From the NCBI GenBank assembly GCA_036336835.1, contig JAYZFK010000043.1:1-50136 (forward strand): 50,136 bases of DNA, in the 5' to 3' direction. The DNA is from Myxococcota bacterium. GTDB taxonomy: Bacteria; Myxococcota_A; UBA9160; UBA4427. Of the stretch, positions 8,297 through 15,944 are shown in pieces. The position numbers and the translations under genes are program-made. The notes beneath the pieces were generated by a model that was not told where the DNA came from, did no database searches, and worked only from the letters and a program-made list of their open reading frames with translations. Numbering within the stretch: the first letter of the stretch is position 1; each line of letters starts with the position of its first letter.

Positions 8297-9837
8297 CTGC
8301 GAGCAGGCGCGTGGCGTGCCTGCTCGTTTCCGATCTGGTGGTGCAGGCCGAGTTGCGCGCGCATCCCGAGCTGCTCGGTCATGCGTTCGTCGTGGCATCG
8401 GGCGACGAAGGACGTGACGAGGTGATCGCGGCCTCGCCCGAGGCAACGCGCGCGAACGTGTGCACGGGACAGAGCGTCGCGCACGCACGTGCGGCCTGCA
8501 GCGGACTCATCGTGCGCACCGCATCGCCGGCACGCGAGCGCACTGCGCGCCAGAGCCTGCTCGATGCGGCGCTTTCGCTGTCTCCGCGCGCCGAGCTCGC
8601 CGAGCGTTCGGCGGCTCCGTTTGCCGCCGAAGTCGCCGTCTTCCTCGACGCTTCGGGCATCGACACGCTGTTCGAGTCCGAGCGCCACTTCGCGAGTACC
8701 CTGCTCGCACACGCCGAAGCGATCGGGCTCGCTGCCGTTGCCGGCGTTGCCAGCTCGCGCTTCGCCGCCCACGGCCTGGCGCGCCGACTGGCGACGCAGC
8801 CCGCGGACACCACTCTTCAGGCGCTCTCCCCGAGCGAGGAAGCGGCCGCACTGGCAGCGCTGCCGATCGACCTGCTCGCTCCCGACGACGCGCTCGCGGC
8901 ACGGCTCACACGCTTCGGCATCTACTGCGTGCGCGATCTGCTGGCATTGCCGCGCACCGCCCTCGCACAGCGACTCGGCTCCGAAGCGGTTCGGTTGGCT
9001 GCTCGCGCTCGCGGCGAAGAGATCGAGCCTCCGCTGCCCGAACCGCGGGATCGGCGACTCGAAGAGGCGAGCGATCTCGAGCACGCCATCGGTCAGCTCG
9101 AGCCATTGCTATTCGTGGTGCGCGGAATGCTGTCGCGGCTCGTGGAACGCCTCGAGGTGCGCGGGCTGGCCGCCCGCCATCTCGACCTCGAACTCGAGCT
9201 CGAAGGGGGCGGACGCGATGCAAGACGCACCGGGCTCTCCTCCCCGACGCTCGACCTGCGGGTGTGGCTTCGCGTGCTCGCCCTCGAGCTGGAATCGAAC
9301 CCGCCACGGGCCGCGATCGTCGGCATCTCGATCGTCACCGAAGGCAGCGCGCAGCGAGGCGATCAGCTCGATCTGTTCCGGCCACGCGGCCCGAGTCCAG
9401 GCGCCCTCGACCGCACCCTCGCCGAACTCGAAGCCCTGTGCGGAAGCGATCGGGTGGGAGCGCCGCGCGTCGCCGACGAGCATCGCCCCGACGCCTACGA
9501 GCGCGGGCCGTTCGAGCTGGCTCGGGTCCGCGACGAACCCGCTCGACCCGACGGGGGGCACGCCCCACCCGGCTCGCTCGCGGTGCGGGCGCTGCGCCCT
9601 CCGGCGCGCGCCGAGATTCGGGTCGAGGCCGGCACACCCGTCCACATCCGCAGCGCCATCACCAGAGGTCGGATCGTCACGATCTCGGGGCCCTGGCGTA
9701 CCACGGGAGGCTGGTGGTCGGAGGAAGGACGCTACGCACTCGACCACTACGACATCCAGGTCAGCGACGGCATCGTCGCGCGGCTGTGCTTCGACTGGGT
9801 CGAGCACAGCTGGCGGATCGACGCGCTCTACGATTGA
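8293..9837 (+). CDS. imuB: ImuB, inactive Y-family polymerase homolog
   Basis: Y-family fold without the catalytic D/DE residues; beta-clamp motif QLDLF; C-terminal GPWR..GGWW...DHYD...W.....YD signature. Confidence 0.9.
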   Translation: MTASRRVACLLVSDLVVQAELRAHPELLGHAFVVASGDEGRDEVIAASPEATRANVCTGQSVAHARAACSGLIVRTASPARERTARQSLLDAALSLSPRAELAERSAAPFAAEVAVFLDASGIDTLFESERHFASTLLAHAEAIGLAAVAGVASSRFAAHGLARRLATQPADTTLQALSPSEEAAALAALPIDLLAPDDALAARLTRFGIYCVRDLLALPRTALAQRLGSEAVRLAARARGEEIEPPLPEPRDRRLEEASDLEHAIGQLEPLLFVVRGMLSRLVERLEVRGLAARHLDLELELEGGGRDARRTGLSSPTLDLRVWLRVLALELESNPPRAAIVGISIVTEGSAQRGDQLDLFRPRGPSPGALDRTLAELEALCGSDRVGAPRVADEHRPDAYERGPFELARVRDEPARPDGGHAPPGSLAVRALRPPARAEIRVEAGTPVHIRSAITRGRIVTISGPWRTTGGWWSEEGRYALDHYDIQVSDGIVARLCFDWVEHSWRIDALYD

Positions 9838-9888
9838 GCAGAGCCCCCGCAAGCCGCGAAGCATTCGCGATCGAACGCCACTGCGCGC

Positions 9889-10251
9889 CTAGAGGACACG
9901 CGGACCGAACACCAGCGCAGCGACCACCAGCGCACCGATCGCCGCCAGCAATACGCCGCCCGCCGCGACATCCTTCGCCCGCCCGACGAGCGGATGCGCC
10001 TCGGACGACAGCACATCGCCCAGCGCCTCGACCGCGCTGTTGAACGCCTCGGCGACCCACACGAGCGCGGTCGCAACAACGATCGCAAGCCACTCCCCGC
10101 GTTCGAGCCCGAAGCCGAGCCCAAGGACGACCACCACCCCCGTCGCCACCGCGTGGATACGCGCGTTGTGCTCGTCGCGCAGCATCGCCCGGATGCCCCG
10201 CAGCGCCGGTCCGAAGCTGCGAACCCGATCCGCCAGCCGGAACCCGCTCAC
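9889..10251 (-). CDS. dgkA: Diacylglycerol/undecaprenol kinase family protein
   Basis: SF..ALRGI....E.NARIH, E.FNSAVE...D, AKDVAAGGVL; three TM helices; start uncertain (GTG 10251). Confidence 0.88.
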   Translation of the reverse strand: MSGFRLADRVRSFGPALRGIRAMLRDEHNARIHAVATGVVVVLGLGFGLERGEWLAIVVATALVWVAEAFNSAVEALGDVLSSEAHPLVGRAKDVAAGGVLLAAIGALVVAALVFGPRVL

Positions 10252-10436
10252 GGAGACACCGCAACGCTCTCTGGCCAGCCCGTGATCGGCGCCAACCGAA
10301 CGTCGATTACAACCGGAAAACCCATACGCGAGACGGTACCACCGCGACGTCTCGCCGGCCCGACCCAACTCCGCGCATCGCATAACAGCCGATTCGATCC
10401 GGAGACGTCGATGACCCCGAAGGCAGACCGCGCCAC
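10248..10436 (-). CDS. Possible 62-aa small protein between dinB and dgkA
   Basis: Its GTG overlaps the dinB TAG (TAGTG) and its TGA overlaps the dgkA GTG (GTGA); no recognisable domain. Confidence 0.3.
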   Translation of the reverse strand: MARSAFGVIDVSGSNRLLCDARSWVGPARRRGGTVSRMGFPVVIDVRLAPITGWPESVAVSP

Positions 10437-11734
10437 TACGACTCGCCGCGCTTGATCTGGTGCGACAGGGCGGCCCGCTCCGCGCTTCCCTGCCCGCCGC
10501 GAGTCACAGTGTCGCGGCCGAACCGATCGGTCAGTGCGTCGACGGCGCGGTTCAGGTCCTTGCGCTTGCGCGCGTGCTCGCTCGCCGTCTCGAACAGCGT
10601 GAGCTGCGCGTCCTCGCCGACCAGGTTGGTGACACCGACGCCGATCAATCGGACCGGCTCGTCGAGGGCGCCGCGCCGCAGCAGGGCCGCCGCCTCACGA
10701 GCCAGCACGTCGCCGTCGTCGCTCGGCTCGGCCAGCGTCGCGCGGCGGGTGTGCAGCGGGTAGCCGCGGGCGCCGGGGGTACGGCGACGGCCGAAGCGCC
10801 ACTTGAGCACGACGGTTCGCGCCCGCAGCCCGTCGCGCCGAAGTCGGCGCGCGACGGACTCGGCATGGCTGAGGATCGTCGCCTCGAGCTCGCGCGGGTC
10901 GGCGACATCGCTGGCAAAGGTGTTCTCCTCGCTGTACGAGACTGCATCGCGGGACGGCTCGACCTCGCGCACGTCCTCACCGCGCGCTAGTCGCGCGAGC
11001 TCGCTGCCCCAGTCGCCGAGCTCGCGCGCGAGCCACTGCGCGTCGGCGCGCGCGACGTCGCCGACCGTCGCGAGGCCGAGCCGCAGCAAGCGGCGCTCGG
11101 CCACCGCACCCACGCCCCAGATGCGGCGCACGGGCAGCGGATCGAGGAAGGCGCCCACGTCTTCGCGCGGCACCTCGAGCAGCCCGTCGGGCTTGGCCGC
11201 GTCGCTCGCAATCTTGGCGACCAGCTTGACGGGAGCGATGCCGACCGAGACGGCGAGTCCGATCTCGCTGCGCACGCGCTCGCGCAGCCGGATCCCGATC
11301 TCGCGAGCCGGCCCGAGCAGGCGCTCGCTGCCGGTCAGGTCGAGGAAGGCCTCGTCGAGCGAGAGTCCCTCCACCTCCGGAGTGAAATCGCGGAAGATTT
11401 CGAAGATCCGGCGACTCTCCCGCGTGTAACGCGCCATGTCGCCGCGCAGGTAGACGCCGTGCGGACACAGCTCGCGCGCGCGATAGGTAGGCATCGCCGA
11501 GTGCACACCGAACTCGCGCGCCTCGTAGCTGGCGGCCGAGACCACGCCGCGGCTCCCGGTGCCGCCGACGATCACGGGCTTGCCGCGCAGCGAAGGCTCG
11601 TCGCGCTGCTCGACCGAGGCGTAGAACGCGTCCATGTCCGCGTGCGCGATCACGCGCCGCGGCGATCGTGCCTCTGGCAGCGGGTCGCGCCGGCTGCCGC
11701 TCCGAGCGCCCTCCCCTCTACCAATCGCCGACAT
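10436..11734 (-). CDS. dinB: DNA polymerase IV
   Basis: IAHADMDAFYASVEQRD, ASYEAREFGVHSAMP, SLDEAFLD, KLVAKIASD..KPDG, VRLIGV, clamp motif QLTLF. Confidence 0.96.
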   Translation of the reverse strand: MSAIGRGEGARSGSRRDPLPEARSPRRVIAHADMDAFYASVEQRDEPSLRGKPVIVGGTGSRGVVSAASYEAREFGVHSAMPTYRARELCPHGVYLRGDMARYTRESRRIFEIFRDFTPEVEGLSLDEAFLDLTGSERLLGPAREIGIRLRERVRSEIGLAVSVGIAPVKLVAKIASDAAKPDGLLEVPREDVGAFLDPLPVRRIWGVGAVAERRLLRLGLATVGDVARADAQWLARELGDWGSELARLARGEDVREVEPSRDAVSYSEENTFASDVADPRELEATILSHAESVARRLRRDGLRARTVVLKWRFGRRRTPGARGYPLHTRRATLAEPSDDGDVLAREAAALLRRGALDEPVRLIGVGVTNLVGEDAQLTLFETASEHARKRKDLNRAVDALTDRFGRDTVTRGGQGSAERAALSHQIKRGES

Positions 11735-12143
11735 TGGGCATCGACGCCCAGGGCTCCGCGGGCTCGAGGGCGTCTCCCTTCTGCAGCAGCTCGATCGAGA
11801 TGTCGTCGGGCGAGCGCACGAAGGCCATGTGCCCGTCGCGCGGCGGCCGGGCGATGCTGACGCCGCCGTCCATCAGCTGCTGACAGATCGCGTAGATGTC
11901 ATCGACCTCGTAGGCCAGATGGCCGAAGTTGCGGCCGCCGCCGTACTCCTCGGGATCCCAGTTGTGGGTGAGCTCGACCTGTGCGCTCTCGCCGCCGGGG
12001 GCGGCAAGGAACACCAGCGTGAAGCGACCCGGCGCAACGTCGTAGCGATTCAGCTCGACCAGACCGAGCTTGTTGCAGTAGAAATCGAGCGACGCGTCGA
12101 GATCCGTGACGCGCACCATCGTGTGCAGATATCGCAGGGACAC
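11718..12143 (-). CDS. gloA: Lactoylglutathione lyase (glyoxalase I, VOC family)
   Basis: YLHTMVRVTDLDASLDFY...LG, ELTHNWD, GRNFGHLAYEVDDIY, RPPRDGHMAFVRSPD.ISIELLQ; GGAGG RBS before GTG 12143. Confidence 0.92.
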   Translation of the reverse strand: MSLRYLHTMVRVTDLDASLDFYCNKLGLVELNRYDVAPGRFTLVFLAAPGGESAQVELTHNWDPEEYGGGRNFGHLAYEVDDIYAICQQLMDGGVSIARPPRDGHMAFVRSPDDISIELLQKGDALEPAEPWASMPNVGDW

Positions 12144-12249
12144 AGAACCTCCAGACGACCGATTCGGGCGCTCGCGCGAATCAGTCGAGGCTTCGCACGA
12201 TGTCGGCCGCGGCGCGCAGACCGCTGGCGAGTGCGCCCTCAGTATACGG

Positions 12250-12610
12250 GCCGCCGGCGTGCCGCGACGCGAGGGCTCGAGCCCGATCGTCGCAATGGAG
12301 AAGCCGAGCGCGCGGGGCAGGTGGACGCGGTGGAACGGCTGCGAGCGCGGCAGCTCGTCGAGCAGTGAGTGCACGACAACGGCGCGCGGACTCTCGGCCG
12401 CCTCGAAGTAGCTGCGCTCTTCGGGGCTGAGCTTCGGGCAGAGCGCAGCCACGCACGGCCCCGGCAGCGCCACCACGGCGGCATCGGCAAACATGCGCCG
12501 CTCGCGCAGTCCGATGCGATAGCGCACGCGGGCTCCACCCGCCTCGTTCTCGACCGCGTGCACGCGCGCGCCACAGCGGATCGACAAGTCGGCCGCGAGG
12601 GCTCGGCGGC
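12250..12610 (-). pseudogene. Fragment of a flavin-dependent amine oxidase/protoporphyrinogen oxidase-like protein, in frame with gloA
   Basis: RALAADLSIRCGARVHAV...G.RVRY......FADAAVVALP resembles the central part of Amino_oxidase proteins; no GxGxxG N-terminus and no clear start; boundaries approximate. Confidence 0.5.
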
Positions 12611-12636
12611 TCCCCGCCGCTCGGTCTGCGCTGGAC

Positions 12637-12668
12637 TTGACGGATAGCGAAAATAAAGCGAAAGTATA
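12637..12668 (+). promoter_or_regulatory. Promoter of dnaE2 with the same CGAA-N7-CGAA direct repeat
   Basis: TTGACG at 12637-12642, GCGAAAATAAAGCGAAAG with CGAA at 12648-12651 and 12659-12662; TATACT on the minus strand at 12663-12668. Confidence 0.7.
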
Positions 12669-12696
12669 GCCGTCGCATTGTCTCCTGGAGTCCCCC

Positions 12697-15600
12697 ATGC
12701 GCCCCCGCAGCACCCCTGGCGGTAGCCCCGTACGGGGCACACTGGCCCACGACTACGTCGAGCTGCGCTGTCGCAGCGCCTTCTCATTCCTGGAGGGCGC
12801 GTCCAATCCCGAAGAGCTCGCCCAGTGCGCCGGCGAACTCGACTACCCGGCACTCGCCCTGGCCGACCGCGACGGCGTCTACGGCGTACCGCGCTTCCAC
12901 GCCGCTGCGCAGCAGGCCGGTGTGCACGCCATCGTCGGCGCCGAGCTCTTCCTGGGCTCCGATCGCCGCCAGCGCCTGCGGCTGTTGGTCGAGTCGCCCC
13001 GCGGTTGGCGCCAGCTGGGACGGCTCGTCACCGACGCCCACGCCGGGCGCAGCAAGCGCGAGGCCTGGGTCAGCTGGGACCAGGTCGAAGAGCACGCCGA
13101 GGACCTGTGCGCACTGGTGGCGGGCGACGCGCTGCTCGATGCGCGCTGGCTCGATCGCGCGCTCGGTGTGTTCGGCAACCAGCGGTTGCGTGTCGACGTC
13201 GCGCGTCCGCTCGATCGCAGCGTTGCCCGCGCCGGACAGCGAGCGGCTGCCCTGGCCGAAGCACTGGGTGTCGGGGTCGTCGCATCGGGCGACGTGCGCT
13301 GTGCGCGTCCGGCCGACCGCACGCTGCTCGACGCACTGAACTGCCTGCTCCACAAGACCACGCTCGAGGCGGCGGGACGGCGGCTGCTGCCCAACGGCGA
13401 GCGGCACCTGCAGCCGCGCGAAGCGATCGCCGCGCGCTTCGCCGATCGCCCCGACTGGGTGCGCGGCACCCGCGCCGTGGCCGAGCGCTGCGCCTTCCGG
13501 CTTTCGGACCTCGACTATCGCTTCCCGACCTTTCCGGTGCCGCCGGACGAGACGCAGGCCTCGTGGCTGCGCGCGCTGACCTGGGCGGGCGCACGCGAGC
13601 GCTATGGCGACCCGGTGCTGCCGCGCGCGCGCCGACAGCTCGAGCACGAGCTCGACGTGATCGAGAAACTCGATCTCCCCGGCTACTTCCTGATCGTCCA
13701 CGACATCACCGAGTTCGCGCGCGGCCGCCGCATGCTGGCTCAGGGGCGCGGCTCGGCGGCCAACAGCGCCGTCTGTTATGCGCTCGGCATCACGGCCGTC
13801 GATCCGGTCGGCATGGAGCTGTTGTTCGAGCGCTTCCTGTCGGAGGAGCGCGGCGAGTGGCCGGACATCGACATCGACCTGCCGTCGGGCGACCAGCGCG
13901 AGGACGTGATCCAGTACGTGTTCGCCAAGTACGGCGAGCACGGCGCGGCGATGACGGCCAACGTCATCACCTATCGCACGCGCATGGCGGTGCGCGAGAT
14001 GGGCAAGGTGCTCGGGCTCGAGAGTGACGCGATCGGCCGACTGTCGAAGCTGCTCGCCAGCTTCGGCTTTCGCGACGATCCGGGAGACGAAGCGGTCGAG
14101 CTGCGCCGCTCGCTGCGCGAGGCCGGCGTCGACCCCGACGCACCGCGCATCGCCAAGCTCCTGAACCTGGTCGGGCGCATCCAGGGCCTCCCCCGCCATC
14201 TCGGACAGCACAGCGGCGGCGTCGTGATCGCGGCCGGCCGCCTCGACGAAGTCGTCCCGATCGAGCCCGCCTCGATGGAGGGGCGCCGCGTGGTGCAGTG
14301 GGACAAGGAGGACTGCGCGGACCTCGGCATCATCAAGATCGACCTGCTCGGCCTGGGCATGCTCGCCGCGCTCGAAGAGATGATCCCGATGATCCGCGCG
14401 CACGAGGACGTCGAGATCGACCTGGCCCATCTGCCGCCCGACGATCCCGAGACCTACGCCATGATCCGGCAGGCGGACACGATCGGAACCTTCCAGATCG
14501 AGAGCCGCGCCCAGATGGCGACCCTGCCCCGGCTCAAGCCCGCGTGCTTCTACGACCTGGTGGTCGAGATCGCGATCATCCGTCCCGGCCCGATCGTGGG
14601 ACAGATGGTGCACCCGTATCTCAACCGACGCGCTGGCCGCGAGCCGGTCACGTATCCGCACCCGTCGCTCGAACCCATCTTGCGCCGGACGCTGGGCGTG
14701 CCGCTGTTCCAGGAGCAGCTGCTGCGCATCGCCATGACCGCGGCCGGCTTCAGCGGCGGCGAGGCCGAAGAGCTGCGGCGCGCCATGGGCTTCAAGCGAT
14801 CGGCCGAGCGCATGAAGCACATCGAGCAGCGGCTGCGCGAAGGGATGAGCGAGCACGGCATCACCGGCGACGCCCAGGAAGAGACCGTGCGACACATCTC
14901 ATCGTTTGCGCTCTACGGCTTCCCGGAATCGCACTCGGCATCGTTCGCGCTGATCGCCTACGCCTCGTCCTACCTCAAGCGCCACCACCCGGCGGCCTTC
15001 CTGGCCGGCCTGCTCAACGCCTGGCCGATGGGCTTCTACAACCCGGCCACGCTGGTCAAGGACACCCAGCGCCACGGGGTCGAGGTGCGCCCGATCGACG
15101 TCACGCGCTCGCGCTGGAAGTGCACGCTCGAGGGGCGCGCCGCCGAGGCCCCGGTGGCCGTACGCATCGGGCTGCGCTTCGCCCACGGCCTGCGCGAGCA
15201 CACGGCCGAGCAGCTCGTGGCCGAGCGCACCGAGCGCCCGTTCGAGGATCTCGGCGACCTCGTGCGCCGCACCCGCTTCCAGCGCGAAGAGCTCGACACG
15301 CTGGCCGAGCTGGGTGCCCTGGCGAGCCTGCCGGGCGCCTCCGACGAGCGCCGCGCCGCGCTGTGGCAGGTCGCGGGCATCGAGCGCGACAACCGCTCGC
15401 TGTTTGCCGGCCGCAGTGTCGGCGACGACGCGAGCCCACTGCCCGAGCTGGACGCGCTCGAGACGACACTCGTCGACTACCGGCTGGCCGGCATGACGAC
15501 GGGCCCGCAGATCATGACCCACCTGCGTGCGCAGCTGCGCGAGCGCGGCGTGCTGAGCGCCGCCGAGCTGCGCGAGACCGCGAACGGGCGCTGGGTGCGA

Positions 15601-15864
15601 ATCGCGGGCCACGTGATCGTGCGCCAGCGCCCTGGCCCGGCTCGCGGCGTCTGCTTCATCACGCTCGAGGACGAGACGGGCACCGCCAACGGAGTGCTGA
15701 TGCCCGACGAGTTCCGCCGCTTCCGCAACCCCCTGCACTCGGCTCCGCTCCTCGAGATCGCCGGCCCGGTACAGAACGTCGAAGGCGTGATCCACGTTCG
15801 CGTGCGCGAGCTGCACCCGCTGACGACGCGCGGCGAGCTGCCAGGTTCGCACGACTACCGTTAG
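12697..15864 (+). CDS. dnaE2: Error-prone DNA polymerase DnaE2 (ImuC)
   Basis: PHP-like N-terminus, QGRGSAANSAVCYALGIT, catalytic PDIDID, FQIESRAQM, YGFPESH, FITLEDETG, C-terminal SHDYR (SRDFH-type DnaE2 tail). Confidence 0.97.
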   Translation: MRPRSTPGGSPVRGTLAHDYVELRCRSAFSFLEGASNPEELAQCAGELDYPALALADRDGVYGVPRFHAAAQQAGVHAIVGAELFLGSDRRQRLRLLVESPRGWRQLGRLVTDAHAGRSKREAWVSWDQVEEHAEDLCALVAGDALLDARWLDRALGVFGNQRLRVDVARPLDRSVARAGQRAAALAEALGVGVVASGDVRCARPADRTLLDALNCLLHKTTLEAAGRRLLPNGERHLQPREAIAARFADRPDWVRGTRAVAERCAFRLSDLDYRFPTFPVPPDETQASWLRALTWAGARERYGDPVLPRARRQLEHELDVIEKLDLPGYFLIVHDITEFARGRRMLAQGRGSAANSAVCYALGITAVDPVGMELLFERFLSEERGEWPDIDIDLPSGDQREDVIQYVFAKYGEHGAAMTANVITYRTRMAVREMGKVLGLESDAIGRLSKLLASFGFRDDPGDEAVELRRSLREAGVDPDAPRIAKLLNLVGRIQGLPRHLGQHSGGVVIAAGRLDEVVPIEPASMEGRRVVQWDKEDCADLGIIKIDLLGLGMLAALEEMIPMIRAHEDVEIDLAHLPPDDPETYAMIRQADTIGTFQIESRAQMATLPRLKPACFYDLVVEIAIIRPGPIVGQMVHPYLNRRAGREPVTYPHPSLEPILRRTLGVPLFQEQLLRIAMTAAGFSGGEAEELRRAMGFKRSAERMKHIEQRLREGMSEHGITGDAQEETVRHISSFALYGFPESHSASFALIAYASSYLKRHHPAAFLAGLLNAWPMGFYNPATLVKDTQRHGVEVRPIDVTRSRWKCTLEGRAAEAPVAVRIGLRFAHGLREHTAEQLVAERTERPFEDLGDLVRRTRFQREELDTLAELGALASLPGASDERRAALWQVAGIERDNRSLFAGRSVGDDASPLPELDALETTLVDYRLAGMTTGPQIMTHLRAQLRERGVLSAAELRETANGRWVRIAGHVIVRQRPGPARGVCFITLEDETGTANGVLMPDEFRRFRNPLHSAPLLEIAGPVQNVEGVIHVRVRELHPLTTRGELPGSHDYR

Positions 15865-15902
15865 AGCCCGGCCGACGGCCCGTGCAAGCGACGCACATTC
15901 CG

Positions 15903-15922
15903 CGCCCCTGGCGCGCGGGGCG
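15903..15922. terminator. GC hairpin between convergent dnaE2 and tkt
   Basis: CGCCCC-N8-GGGGCG stem in the short gap between convergent genes. Confidence 0.3.
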
Positions 15923-15944
15923 GTGCCCGCGCCTTTCGCCGGGA

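Noticed and set aside
12750..12900. DnaE2 PHP domain with His-to-Arg changes (ELRCRS)
   Set aside because: Degenerate PHP metal sites are common in DnaE2, and the polymerase PDIDID motif is intact.
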